DNA of 64,000 bases from an uncultured virus (IMG/VR IMGVR_UViG_3300045927_000049) (IMGVR_UViG_3300045927_000049); one strand, 5' to 3'; positions 26,455 to 35,923 are shown, numbered from the stretch's first letter. Notes: generated from the sequence alone by a model not told the origin. Numbers and translations: made by a program.

Positions 26455-29027
26455 TTGCCGTTCGCCTTCGGTCTGGCCGCTGCCTTCATCCGGGCCTGCC
26501 GCTCCTGACTTTCGCGGTCAAGCTGCCGCTGATGATCCTCGCGGTCGCGCTCCTCCATTTTGTCGGCATGCTCCTGCCCCATCCTCTGCGCTTCCTGCAC
26601 CGTGGTCGCGATGCTTTCGGAGATTTCCTTGCCAAGCCTGATGCCCTCTTGGCGCTCCTTGCTTTCCAAGTCCTGACCGAAGGTGACAAGGCTGGCCCCG
26701 ACTTCCATACCTTTCATGCGCTCTTGGCTTTGCAGCTTGGCGTAGTCGAGTTGCTCTTCCTTGGCTTCCTTGGCGGCATCGACCACCATATCCACCGCGT
26801 CCTTCTTCTCCTTGTGTTCCTGCGCCTTCTCCTTGACCGCGACTTCCCTCTCGCGCAACTGGAACACAGGATCGGCAGCAATCTGTTCCGCCTGCTTCTG
26901 CTTTGCCTGCTGCTCGTGAAGTTCGCGCAGCCGCACCGAAGCGTCCGCCAAGGCTCGCGAAAGCATGCCCTCCACTTCGGGCGGCTGCTGTTCCCCCAGC
27001 GGGGGAAGCTGAACGCCCATGATCTGCTGTATCTCACCGTGGTACTGGTGAGCCAGATGTTCGGACAGATGGGCTTCCATTGCACCTTGCATTTTTGCCG
27101 CAGAGGGTGACGCCTTCAGCATTTCCAGTATCTTGGGATCGGTGAGGAGGCTGAGATGGACCTGAATATGCGCGGTGTGATCCTGATCAGGGAACACCTT
27201 GGTCGGCTGACTGGTCAGCATCGCCATATTTTCCTGCACCGGGTCCATGCGTGGCGGCGGCGTATCCATGGGCAGAATGCGCTCATCGTTCTTGACGCCT
27301 ATGGCCTGCAATCCCGCCCGATGAAGTTCCTTCATGTTGTAAAGTTCAGGGTTCATTGCCGCCAGTTGCTGGACAGCCTGCGCCTGCATGATGCGGTGCG
27401 CCTGCGTTGAGGCATTGGGATCGGATACCGGGACAACATCCACGGTCTTGCCGTCGAAATCCTGACGCCGGTTGAAGGCACCGCTCTCATCCCACGCATA
27501 CTTTTCGTCCATGTAGTCAAAGATCGACTTGGCGATGAGGCCGAATTCTCTACGTAGGGAAGCATGAAGACGGGCATGCACGGCAGTCATCACCTTCATC
27601 GACCGTTCAAGAAGCGCCAATGTGGTGCCGACAGGGGCGCTCATGGTCTGCGCGGTGATCTCGGTGTCGGCAATCGAACCCACCCGCCTGCCTTCCTCGA
27701 CAAGCATTTGCAGGAGATTGGCCAGCACCGCTGACGGTTCCTTGTACGGCATCGGGAACAGGTTCTGTTGAATGGTCCCGGCAGGGACATCCACGTCCCG
27801 CCACTCACCGGGGGCGATAGGGGTGTCGTCGCCCTTGGTTCGTAAGCCCCTTGTCTTCAACCCACCGGGGAGGTTGGACAAGGTTCCGGCGTCAATCAAT
27901 TGCCTCAAGATGGACGTGGATGCCTTGGCGATTGACCCAAGCAAATGGATCAACCCGATGCCGTAGAAACCCAGTGCAGGCATGTACTGGTAGTGAACGA
28001 AATACTGTTCGGCCACGCGCTGGTCGTCCATTTCGTTCCAGTTGCGGTAGACCGACAGAACCTTCCGGCTCTGTTTTTCAATTGTGATGATGTACGGGTC
28101 GGCAATCTCGTCCGGATCGGCAAGCACGCCGGGGAGATTGTAATAAGCATGGATTTCCCACAGTACATGGCGGTTATCCACCTGTGTCGCTGGTTCGATG
28201 CCGGTGATCTCGTTTTCTTTTTCCTTGCCCTCCGGCGGCGTTTCGACCGCTGGCTTCTCCAGCTTGACCTTCCGGTAGAAGCCTGCCCGCATCAGCTTCT
28301 TCACCTGATTGGGTGATCTGTGCATGACATGCGTGTAGCGTTCGGAATTCTCCAGATCGGAGCATCCGTAATCCACGATGAAGTCCTCTGCCGGAACCAT
28401 GCAGGCGGAAGGCCGCTTCTTCAGCGGGTCGTAGTAGACCTTCTTGAACACCGAGCCTGCGAGAGGGAGACGAAACAGCAGTTGCTCCGTCTCGTTCCGA
28501 TATTCCTTCATGTTCTCCGTTAGCTGGTAGTTCATCTCCTCCTTGACCCGCTTGGAGGTGGCGATCTTCTCCGGGCTTTCGTCGCCGTAGATTTTGGTCA
28601 GCACCGGCCCGTTGGCCGGGAAGATTTCGGTGATGGCGTTCGACTGGAACCTGACGACCGCTTCCGTCATCACCGGATGATAGACGCCACTTGATCCCTT
28701 GAAGGGTTCGTTGCGGTCCTCGCCCTTGAAGCCGAGATAGTCGAGGCCGGAGGTATAGGTGTCGATCCAGTCGGCGCGGCTCATGTCGTCCGCCTCAACC
28801 AGTTCGAACAGATCGGAAGCGATGGTTTCGAGGTCTTCCTCCTCAAGGAAGTCAGCCAGATTGGCGCGATGCTCCGAACCCTGACCGGGCTGCGGCTCCT
28901 CCATCGGCATGTCCTGCGGACGATCCGCCACGTTGTCCGGCACCACATCGACATCAATCGGCGGTGCCGCCCCGTTCATCAGCGGCATCTCGTCATGCAA
29001 GGGGATCATGGCAGGGGCGATGGCCAT
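26451..29027 (-). CDS. Portal protein (P22-like with coiled-coil barrel)
   Basis: 858 aa after TerL; GSVFKKVYYD, LRQLIDAGTLSNLPGG, APVGTTLALLE; charged helical C-terminus. Confidence 0.9.
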   Translation of the reverse strand: MAIAPAMIPLHDEMPLMNGAAPPIDVDVVPDNVADRPQDMPMEEPQPGQGSEHRANLADFLEEEDLETIASDLFELVEADDMSRADWIDTYTSGLDYLGFKGEDRNEPFKGSSGVYHPVMTEAVVRFQSNAITEIFPANGPVLTKIYGDESPEKIATSKRVKEEMNYQLTENMKEYRNETEQLLFRLPLAGSVFKKVYYDPLKKRPSACMVPAEDFIVDYGCSDLENSERYTHVMHRSPNQVKKLMRAGFYRKVKLEKPAVETPPEGKEKENEITGIEPATQVDNRHVLWEIHAYYNLPGVLADPDEIADPYIITIEKQSRKVLSVYRNWNEMDDQRVAEQYFVHYQYMPALGFYGIGLIHLLGSIAKASTSILRQLIDAGTLSNLPGGLKTRGLRTKGDDTPIAPGEWRDVDVPAGTIQQNLFPMPYKEPSAVLANLLQMLVEEGRRVGSIADTEITAQTMSAPVGTTLALLERSMKVMTAVHARLHASLRREFGLIAKSIFDYMDEKYAWDESGAFNRRQDFDGKTVDVVPVSDPNASTQAHRIMQAQAVQQLAAMNPELYNMKELHRAGLQAIGVKNDERILPMDTPPPRMDPVQENMAMLTSQPTKVFPDQDHTAHIQVHLSLLTDPKILEMLKASPSAAKMQGAMEAHLSEHLAHQYHGEIQQIMGVQLPPLGEQQPPEVEGMLSRALADASVRLRELHEQQAKQKQAEQIAADPVFQLREREVAVKEKAQEHKEKKDAVDMVVDAAKEAKEEQLDYAKLQSQERMKGMEVGASLVTFGQDLESKERQEGIRLGKEISESIATTVQEAQRMGQEHADKMEERDREDHQRQLDRESQERQARMKAAARPKANGK

Positions 29028-29151
29028 TGTGTTATATCCTCATCTGAGGTGGGCTGGTTGGTTGCAGCCTGCGTGTCACTGGCTCATGACCTTGGAGACA
29101 CGTCGATTAACCGGAGGGCGGACGCGCCCCAAATTGCCGCTGCAACCACCT

Positions 29152-30672
29152 CTAGTAATACTCCAGCTTTCTCACGTAGGTTTTTTTGAAGTCCTCATCG
29201 TCATCATTCATGGTGCCGATCCAGCCACCGAGACGGAACCGCTGCATCGCCATGGTGACGGTATCGACGTAATCGTCATGCTCTCCGGCGGGGAAGGCGG
29301 CACATTCCTCAATCACCTCCTGCGCCCACGACTTCATCTTTGGCGCATAGACCATTTCGGATGCGAAAATATCGGTGACCGAGTTGACGCGGCTGATCTT
29401 GTCGTTGGGATTGCCGGTGCCGCCCCTACCCACCACCACGTCCTGTATCGGGATGTTCATCATCCGCATCTCGTAGATCAGCGGATGTCCCGCTCCCCGC
29501 GCTTCGATCAGGCAGATGTCCGGCTCCCACTCCTCGTAGTGCTGCTTCGCTCTCCGCTTCAGTTCCGGAAACTCCCACTTGCCCCGGATCGCATCCAGCA
29601 GGATCAGCTTGCTCTTCCCGTCGTCTTCTTCGTCTGAGAAAACGCCCCAAGTAGTACAGGCTGAATAGTCGGCTCTGGTCGTGTTTGAGAAGGCGGTGTC
29701 CCAAGATTGGATAATGGTGTCGCATTTCGGTGGCTTCGGCTTGTCCCAGTTCTGCCAGTAGTCGCGCTTGATCAGCGCCCCCTCTTCCGAGATCGGGTTC
29801 TGCTGGTACTGGGCGTTCCATTTGGACAGCGGGATCGACGCCTTGGTGCGGAGCAGTTCCTCCAGCGACCAGTATTCCGGCCAGATCGGTTTGCCGGAAG
29901 GCAGGATGGCGGGTAGCTGGACGATCTCCCACTGATCGGAGTGCTCGTCGGCCATCTGTTTCTTCAGAAGCTGTCCTGTAAGATCGCGGAGCGACCACCG
30001 TGTCATGACCACGATGATCGCTCCACCCGGCTGAAGGCGTTGGCGGGGGCCACCTTCATACCAAGACATCACCCTGTCGTAGACTTCAGGGTTGCTCTCA
30101 CCGATTACGGCATCCTGCTCCGACAGCGGATCGTCTATGATAAAAAGGTCTGAGCCCTTACCGGCTACTGCACCCCCAGTTCCGATTGCAAAGTATTCGC
30201 CACCCTTGTTGGTGGACCAGCGGCCAGCCGCCTTGTTGTCCGGTGACAGGCTGACACTGGGAAATAATGCCTGAAAATCATCCCTATCGATGAGTGCCCT
30301 CACCTTTCTGCCGAAGCCGACCGCCAACTCTGCCGTGTGGGACGACTGGATGACCCTCTTGTTGGGGAAGCGGCCAAGGAAGAAGGCCGGTAGGTAGACG
30401 GAAGCGAACTCGCTCTTGGTGTGCCGGGGCGGCATGTTGATGATGATCCGCTTCTTGCGACCGGCGATCACGTCATCGAACAGTTCAGAGATAATGCGGT
30501 GGTGTGACCCCTCAACGAAGTCAGGCCACATGGTTTTGACGAACGGCAGGAAATGGGTCCGCGCATTCAGCTTGGCGCGGGTGCGGGTCAGTTCGTCCAG
30601 TAAGTCGAGGACTTCCTTCTGCTTGTCGAGCGGAAGCCCGCTGACCCGAAGCAGCAACTCGTCATAGTTCAT
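29152..30672 (-). CDS. terL: Terminase large subunit
   Basis: NMPPRHTKS Walker A, IIDDP Walker B, VMTRW, SWDTA and HDDYVD nuclease motifs. Confidence 0.95.
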   Translation of the reverse strand: MNYDELLLRVSGLPLDKQKEVLDLLDELTRTRAKLNARTHFLPFVKTMWPDFVEGSHHRIISELFDDVIAGRKKRIIINMPPRHTKSEFASVYLPAFFLGRFPNKRVIQSSHTAELAVGFGRKVRALIDRDDFQALFPSVSLSPDNKAAGRWSTNKGGEYFAIGTGGAVAGKGSDLFIIDDPLSEQDAVIGESNPEVYDRVMSWYEGGPRQRLQPGGAIIVVMTRWSLRDLTGQLLKKQMADEHSDQWEIVQLPAILPSGKPIWPEYWSLEELLRTKASIPLSKWNAQYQQNPISEEGALIKRDYWQNWDKPKPPKCDTIIQSWDTAFSNTTRADYSACTTWGVFSDEEDDGKSKLILLDAIRGKWEFPELKRRAKQHYEEWEPDICLIEARGAGHPLIYEMRMMNIPIQDVVVGRGGTGNPNDKISRVNSVTDIFASEMVYAPKMKSWAQEVIEECAAFPAGEHDDYVDTVTMAMQRFRLGGWIGTMNDDDEDFKKTYVRKLEYY

Positions 30673-30679
30673 GAAATGA

Positions 30680-30702
30680 AAAGGGCCGCATGAGCGGCCC
30701 TT
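30680..30702 (-). terminator. Hairpin/terminator upstream of terL
   Basis: AAGGGCCGC/GCGGCCCTT stem followed by TTTCATTT on the minus strand. Confidence 0.5.
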
Positions 30703-30767
30703 CCATAGGGACGTAGGGGTTTATGGTACGCCTACAGGGTACAGCCCCTTGACGGGGATGGGAAGTG

Positions 30768-31112
30768 CTAGACGTTCTCGACGTTGGCGTCCTCTTTTTC
30801 GATGACCTCCTTGGTCATCGGTTCGCCTTGGCTCACCTCGTCACCGGCACCGACATTCTGCTGCGGCTCGCGCTTGTCGATGAAGACATAGCCGGTGTTG
30901 GTGGGAATTTCCTCGTCGGTAAAACCAGCCTGTCTGTACTGGCGTTCGGCATTGCGCCGCTTCTGGAGTGCCGCAACATCCTCCTCGCCGTCATAGGTGC
31001 GGGAAATCTGAGCGCCTACATCGTAATATTCGGCATCTGCCGCTTCACGGGCTTCGTTCTCAGCCTGCATCTGTTCATCGACACTGCCGGGTCCGGCTCT
31101 GGTCGTGGCCAT
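30768..31112 (-). CDS. Acidic hypothetical protein
   Basis: 114-aa ORF abutting upstream gene. Confidence 0.65.
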   Translation of the reverse strand: MATTRAGPGSVDEQMQAENEAREAADAEYYDVGAQISRTYDGEEDVAALQKRRNAERQYRQAGFTDEEIPTNTGYVFIDKREPQQNVGAGDEVSQGEPMTKEVIEKEDANVENV

Positions 31113-31397
31113 TTACTTTCCTTTCTTTCCAGACTTCCCTTCGGAAGCCTTATCAACTGCGGAGACGCCCTCGGCATCGGCATCCTTCGGCTCGCCCTGA
31201 TTGCCCTTACCCGGCTTGTCTTCGGGAGGGCCGCGACCCTCTTCCTCGCCGCCCTCGCCCTTCAGTGCGGCGGCGACCTTTGTCCATAAATCGGCATCGG
31301 TCAGCATGTTGCGGCTGTTGACTGTCGGGTTGGCGCTGGCATTGACGAAAAGCTGCGCGACACGCTTGCCAATCTCTTCATTCTGCGGGTTGGCCAT
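31113..31397 (-). CDS. Hypothetical protein
   Basis: 94-aa ORF with GAGG RBS. Confidence 0.65.
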   Translation of the reverse strand: MANPQNEEIGKRVAQLFVNASANPTVNSRNMLTDADLWTKVAAALKGEGGEEEGRGPPEDKPGKGNQGEPKDADAEGVSAVDKASEGKSGKKGK

Positions 31398-31881
31398 TGG
31401 TTGGTTCCTCTTCGTTTTCAGGCAGGAAGGTGAAGGTCTTCTGGTCCGTCTGATAGCTGCCCTGCTGCACCCAGACCGGGAATGACCCTGCGACTTCGGC
31501 AGTCGATGGCTTGACGGTCGTCCTTAACTGGTCGCTGCTGATGAAGGTCGTTGGTTCAATACCGCCGTTGAAATAGATAATGCTCGTCTCGGTGAATTTG
31601 TTGCCATTGACGTTCATTTCCACATCGGCAGAACCAATTCTGGCGCTCGACGGATTGATACTATTAAGCACCGGCTCCTCGCCCGGTTCCGGGTCGGGCG
31701 GCAGCGGTGGCTGCGGCGTGTAACCGGGGGGCCATGGCAGGCCATTCTGGAGATAGACGCGGCGCTGGTTGTTGGCCTTGATGATGTTGGCGACATTGGC
31801 CTCGCCATCAAAGGTCTGGGTGGTTTCGCCAAAGCGCGGGTCACCCGGCGTTATCGGCGGCATGCTCTCGTTCTCTGCCAT
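31378..31881 (-). CDS. IPT/TIG (Ig-like) domain protein
   Basis: PVLNSINPSSA...VNGNKFTETSIIYFNG...TTFISSDQL...FTF. Confidence 0.75.
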   Translation of the reverse strand: MAENESMPPITPGDPRFGETTQTFDGEANVANIIKANNQRRVYLQNGLPWPPGYTPQPPLPPDPEPGEEPVLNSINPSSARIGSADVEMNVNGNKFTETSIIYFNGGIEPTTFISSDQLRTTVKPSTAEVAGSFPVWVQQGSYQTDQKTFTFLPENEEEPTNGQPAE

Positions 31882-32167
31882 TCTCGTCCTCCATGAGGGT
31901 GAAAGGAAGCACGGCGGTCACATGGTCGCCGGTCTTGACCTTGACTTCGATGGTCACCGGCTCGCCATGCCACCATGCCGGATCGAAGGGTGCCGACAGC
32001 AAGTCCTGACCCAGCATGCCGCTGGCCTGCGGTTCGCCATCGAACAGCACTTGGCTCTGCATGGTGAAGCCCATGCCCCTGACGCCGAGCACGAATGCGC
32101 CATCGGTGGTCTTGGCGGTATTCGGTTCCAGCTTGAGCAGTTCCGGTGAAGACAGGGTGGCTGTCAT
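31841..32167 (-). CDS. IPT/TIG-like domain protein
   Basis: PELLKLEPNTA...VRGMGFTMQSQVLFDG...LPFTL. Confidence 0.65.
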   Translation of the reverse strand: MTATLSSPELLKLEPNTAKTTDGAFVLGVRGMGFTMQSQVLFDGEPQASGMLGQDLLSAPFDPAWWHGEPVTIEVKVKTGDHVTAVLPFTLMEDENGREREHAADNAG

Positions 32168-32175
32168 GGCTCCTC

Positions 32176-32388
32176 CTATTGCAGCTTCGGCATATCGACC
32201 CCGGTACTGACACCGATCAGGTCGAGCAGCAACAGCACGACGACAATCGCCACCACAACGATAAGGACGATCTTGACGATCCGTTGCGGCGGTTCAGGGA
32301 TGAGATTGTCCACAACGTAGACGGCCACGTAATAAAGAATGCCGATGACCAGCAGCCAGACAATCAGGCTGACGAGAGCGCCAATCAT
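32176..32388 (-). CDS. Small two-TM membrane protein (holin candidate)
   Basis: Two hydrophobic helices separated by IPEPPQR. Confidence 0.65.
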   Translation of the reverse strand: MIGALVSLIVWLLVIGILYYVAVYVVDNLIPEPPQRIVKIVLIVVVAIVVVLLLLDLIGVSTGVDMPKLQ

Positions 32389-32588
32389 GATGCTTTCTCC
32401 TCATAGATTGCTGCCCTGACGGCGGCATCCTTGGCTTCCAGCAGCTTACGAAGAGCAACGGTGCGTTCCGGATTGCGCGGCAGGGTTTCCATGATCGTTG
32501 CAGCCAGTTTGCCAAACGGCTGCGATACCTCCTGAAGATGCTGTGGCAGATGGTGCCAAGCAAAGAACTGAAGGATCGGTTCGCTCAA
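32385..32588 (-). CDS. Small helical-hairpin protein (possible Acb2/Tad1-like fold)
   Basis: TTG start after GGAGGG; LQFFAWHHLPQHLQEVSQPF...ERTVALRKLLEAKDAAVRA. Confidence 0.7.
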   Translation of the reverse strand: MSEPILQFFAWHHLPQHLQEVSQPFGKLAATIMETLPRNPERTVALRKLLEAKDAAVRAAIYEEKAS

Positions 32589-32785
32589 TGAACCCTCCAT
32601 AAACGAAGGGGATCGCGGAGGAGCCAACCCCGACACGATCCCCAACCTTCAACCGCCTGAAAGGAGCGGTTGCGGTGAAGCTTACCACGCTCAAGGAGAG
32701 GGAGGAAAGCCGGGGCGGACAAACCTCCCCCTCAGTGGCCTCCTGTGAAACTGCTGTTCGGGCACATCACTCAGGCTCGTCCAGT

Positions 32786-33319
32786 CTATTTATTCTTCCC
32801 TTTGGGTCCACCGCCTTTGCCGGGGTTGTCGGGGTCTTTCCCTCCACCGGGCTGGTTCCCGTGTCCCTTGTCTGCGTCTTCAGACCCTGATGGTGGGCCA
32901 TTGCTTCCGCCATTGTTACCGGGCGGGCCTTGGGGTCCGGTCGGTCCTTGAGGTCCGGCTGGCCCCTGCGGGCCGGGTGGACCCATTCCCCCGGTTCCTC
33001 CCTGTCCTCCGCTTGGCCCAGAAGGACCAGCAGGACCAGACCCACCACCACCACTATTGCCGCCAGAACCAGAATTGCCAGAATTTCCACTGTTGCCGCT
33101 CTCCTGCGCCGTTGCCTGTTGCTGGCTGTTGTAGACCCTGCATAGCTGGATGGTGTTGACGCCCTTCTGCCTGAGATAGCGGCACTGCTCCTCGGAGAAG
33201 AACAGCCCCGGTCGGTGCATGTTGGTGCAGCCGGAAAGCAGCCACAGGATGATCAGCATCCACAGGACGATGCCAATCGGCAGCGCAATTGCTATGCCGC
33301 GCACGAAGTGGATGCTCAC
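32786..33319 (-). CDS. Lipoprotein with Gly/Ser- and collagen-like tail (o-spanin candidate)
   Basis: GTG start by GTGA overlap; hydrophobic signal ending in LLSGC lipobox; GPQGP repeats. Confidence 0.6.
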   Translation of the reverse strand: MSIHFVRGIAIALPIGIVLWMLIILWLLSGCTNMHRPGLFFSEEQCRYLRQKGVNTIQLCRVYNSQQQATAQESGNSGNSGNSGSGGNSGGGGSGPAGPSGPSGGQGGTGGMGPPGPQGPAGPQGPTGPQGPPGNNGGSNGPPSGSEDADKGHGNQPGGGKDPDNPGKGGGPKGKNK

Positions 33320-33519
33320 TCCCGGCGCTTCTTTTGGGTCTTCGTCTGCGGGCATATCCCCCTCGTATCGATACCAACCTGCTTCATGACGCGGCACTGG
33401 TCCGCCGTGAATTTCGGCGCATCGGCCTTACTGACCGACATCAGGAAGATCAGGCTTGCCATTGCCGCTATCCAGCATGCGGTCGGCAATGAGTTTGAGG
33501 CTTTCGCAATAAGAGGCAA
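33316..33519 (-). CDS. Small secreted two-Cys protein
   Basis: Signal-like segment ending SVSKA, then FTADQCRVMKQVGIDTRGIC; start uncertain (33519 TTG or 33462 ATG). Confidence 0.5.
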   Translation of the reverse strand: MPLIAKASNSLPTACWIAAMASLIFLMSVSKADAPKFTADQCRVMKQVGIDTRGICPQTKTQKKRRE

Positions 33520-33862
33520 CTTCTTCCAGTGTCGGTTCATGCTGGAGAACAACGCTGACGAACCATCTGTCCGCTCCCTGAAAAGCAAAACCCGAAGAGA
33601 CGCCCCACTGATCCGGCCCTCCCCTTTGTTTGACATGGCGCATGACGCATCCCGATTGCTGATTGGAGAACTCCTCGTACTCGCTCATGAAACGGTTCAT
33701 CAGTTTCTCATCGTTCAGCACCCGCCAGACGGCATAGGTCGGGATGCCGATGACAACCAAGAGCGCGATGATCAATACGTTCTGAAGGTTCAGCCCCTTG
33801 ATGATATTGGCGACGTTAGCGATGCGCCCCTCTGGTGGCGGCGGTTGCGGGGGAACGGTCAT
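33428..33862 (-). CDS. Single-TM membrane protein (i-spanin candidate)
   Basis: N-terminal TM NVLIIALLVVIGIPTYAVW, two Cys in soluble part; in lysis region. Confidence 0.6.
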   Translation of the reverse strand: MTVPPQPPPPEGRIANVANIIKGLNLQNVLIIALLVVIGIPTYAVWRVLNDEKLMNRFMSEYEEFSNQQSGCVMRHVKQRGGPDQWGVSSGFAFQGADRWFVSVVLQHEPTLEEVASYCESLKLIADRMLDSGNGKPDLPDVGQ

Positions 33863-34062
33863 TCGATCTTCTCAATCAGTCCCTCGCGCACCGCGTCATC
33901 GAAGTTCATGTGCCACTCGTAGATGGCTTCCTCACTGATCCGGACCAGCGCCTGCGCCAGCCGGTAGACCTCCTGCTTCTGGTGCGAGACGAACACCACA
34001 TGGGTTCCCTTGGGAACGAGGATGTCCTTGGTGGTGCGGTACCTGTTGCGGTTGGCGCTCAT
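33859..34062 (-). CDS. Hypothetical protein
   Basis: 67 aa, ATGA-coupled on both sides. Confidence 0.6.
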   Translation of the reverse strand: MSANRNRYRTTKDILVPKGTHVVFVSHQKQEVYRLAQALVRISEEAIYEWHMNFDDAVREGLIEKIE

Positions 34063-34145
34063 TGCATCAGCCACCACATCAGGCCGAGGATGGCGATGAT
34101 GAGTGTGATGTAGATGACGGCCCATTCGGCATCGTGGCGGTTCAC
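34059..34145 (-). CDS. 28-aa single-TM peptide
   Basis: Hand-translated MNRHDAEWAVIYITLIIAILGLMWWLMQ; GTGA and ATGA overlaps on both sides. Confidence 0.6.
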   Translation of the reverse strand: MNRHDAEWAVIYITLIIAILGLMWWLMQ

Positions 34146-34870
34146 GCGATCTGTTCCCCGTTGAGGATGACGGTGACCTTGCCGGTTGTCGTTATTGTCA
34201 CCACCGGGACATCGGTTGGTGGAACCGGTTCAGGGGAAGGCTCGGTCCACGAGGTTTCGAAGGCTTCAAGGAATTTGACGTGGTAGCCCTTGATCAGATT
34301 GCCGATATTGACGCCACCCGACCAAGTGGGAACCTTGGTCTTGTCGCCGTTGACGATCTCCCGCGCCCCGAAGCTGTCGTTCTTGGTGTCGCTGAAATAG
34401 CGCGGCAAGTTCTGCACCTTGCCGTTGCCGTCCTTGCGGAACCACCCTTCGTACATGCCGCGCATCAAGACCCTTGCACTGATGGTCGCGTCGAGTGCCC
34501 TTTCGGGATGGAGATAGAGATCGTCACCACCTGTAAGGGCAAGCTGTGATGTAGCAAACTTGTAGTTGTCCGCCCACGTAAGCTGGATATCCCCCCTGCC
34601 ATAATAAAGCAGGCCGGTGGTCGGGTCCGGTTCACCGTAGGGCTGTCCCTTGCCCTTGCCGTACTCTTCGATGGGCCACATGGTGGCGCTGGTTTCGTGG
34701 TACGAGGTGGCGAAGCAGTAGGAGATATAACGGAGGTCGGTCTTCGGCGGCACACGTTCCTCGTATGCCCCCATCTTGAAGTTCATCCCGTCCACCTGTT
34801 GCTGGGTCATGTGCCCATGAAACAGGCTCTCGCGGACATGGTTAAAGAAGACAGTGCGGTCGAAAGGCAT
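34142..34870 (-). CDS. Endolysin, glycoside hydrolase family 19-like
   Basis: ATSYHETS, PIEEYG, YYGRGDIQLTWADNY, AREIVNG. Confidence 0.88.
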   Translation of the reverse strand: MPFDRTVFFNHVRESLFHGHMTQQQVDGMNFKMGAYEERVPPKTDLRYISYCFATSYHETSATMWPIEEYGKGKGQPYGEPDPTTGLLYYGRGDIQLTWADNYKFATSQLALTGGDDLYLHPERALDATISARVLMRGMYEGWFRKDGNGKVQNLPRYFSDTKNDSFGAREIVNGDKTKVPTWSGGVNIGNLIKGYHVKFLEAFETSWTEPSPEPVPPTDVPVVTITTTGKVTVILNGEQIA

Positions 34871-34908
34871 TGAACCCTCCCCGCTCTCTCCACGGGGAGG
34901 ATTATGCC

Positions 34909-35136
34909 TTACCGGCGTGAACCCTGAACAGAGGTGCCGCGCGACGTGCCGTGGGCCTTTTCGATCAGCCCCATTGAGGCAAGCGTCTCGATCATTGCCG
35001 AAATCGATCCCTTGGAAGAGATGCCCAAACCAATGGCGATCTCCCTGAAGGTCGGGTTATGCCCATGCATCTCCTCGAATTTGTTGATGAAGTCGAGAAA
35101 CTCCTGTTGCCGCTCTGATGGTCTGGCTGAAGCCAT
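34909..35136 (-). CDS. LexA-type winged-helix DNA-binding protein (no peptidase domain)
   Basis: SERQQEFLDFI...GHNPTFREIAIGLGISSKGS...L..MGLI. Confidence 0.8.
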   Translation of the reverse strand: MASARPSERQQEFLDFINKFEEMHGHNPTFREIAIGLGISSKGSISAMIETLASMGLIEKAHGTSRGTSVQGSRR

Positions 35137-35147
35137 CTCCGTTCTCC

Positions 35148-35363
35148 TCACCTCCATTGTTCGCGTTTCCATTTGATGCATGCTTGCAGCACCTTGATGT
35201 TCTGCTCGTGCTGGCTCCCATAGAGAAGGCCATGGCTGCGGCCATCTCCATGGATCATAACGATCCGCGCGTCGATCTTCGGGTAGACATGGATCGCCTG
35301 CCATGGATAGAGGCAACGGATCAGCTTCCGGTATTCCTTAACCAGCGCCGGTATCTCGTCCAT
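35148..35363 (-). CDS. Hypothetical protein
   Basis: 71-aa ORF in tightly packed operon. Confidence 0.5.
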   Translation of the reverse strand: MDEIPALVKEYRKLIRCLYPWQAIHVYPKIDARIVMIHGDGRSHGLLYGSQHEQNIKVLQACIKWKREQWR

Positions 35364-35583
35364 CGTCGCTCACATTGAACTCCACGGTTTCCGGCACCCC
35401 GTCATCCAGCGTCACCAGTTGGGTGGGAGAAAAGATATGCAGAATGCCGTCGTCGTTCTCGACCACATACCTGATCTGTCCCTTCACCTTCCTGAAGACG
35501 GAGACGATGTAGCCCTGAAACACATAGTCGCCCCCGGTCTTGATGACCCGATCCCCAACAACCAACTGCTTCTTCCTACCCAT
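35338..35583 (-). CDS. Small SH3-like phage protein
   Basis: VGDRVIKTGGDYVFQGYIVSVF...RYVVENDDGILHIFSPTQL. Confidence 0.7.
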   Translation of the reverse strand: MGRKKQLVVGDRVIKTGGDYVFQGYIVSVFRKVKGQIRYVVENDDGILHIFSPTQLVTLDDGVPETVEFNVSDDGRDTGAG

Positions 35584-35600
35584 GATTGCCTCTCTGAACT

Positions 35601-35843
35601 TCACTCGGTATCCCCACGTCCGGCTGGCCACAGCTTGGCCGGAACTCCCGGCCTGTCATCTGACGAATGCGCGTATGCCTGCTCCTCCAGCATGAGGATG
35701 GCATCCTCCAGAAAGGCTTTGGTCACGGTGGTCCATCTGCCGATCTGATCCTGATACAAAATCTCTATCGTCTTGCAGCGCATGGTCTGGTCATGCGTAC
35801 CGCGCAACGCCTTCAGCTTTTCGATCTTCTCTCTTGCGTTCAT
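35601..35843 (-). CDS. Hypothetical protein
   Basis: 80-aa ORF with GGAGAGGGAG RBS. Confidence 0.55.
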   Translation of the reverse strand: MNAREKIEKLKALRGTHDQTMRCKTIEILYQDQIGRWTTVTKAFLEDAILMLEEQAYAHSSDDRPGVPAKLWPAGRGDTE

Positions 35844-35923
35844 CTCCCTCTCCGTTTCATCCCGTCAATCACCATCCATACCCCGATCCCTTGCAGGATG
35901 AGGATTATAATCCCAAGCACCAT
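35840..35923 (-). CDS. 27-aa hydrophobic peptide
   Basis: Hand-translated MVLGIIILILQGIGVWMVIDGMKRRGR, ATGA-coupled to the next gene. Confidence 0.45.
   Translation of the reverse strand: MVLGIIILILQGIGVWMVIDGMKRRGR

Noticed and set aside
32767..33090. 107-aa TM ORF nested in the collagen-like gene
   Set aside because: The hydrophobic run is the expected frame-shifted reading of Gly/Asn/Ser repeats; cannot be supported without conservation data, though not strictly excluded
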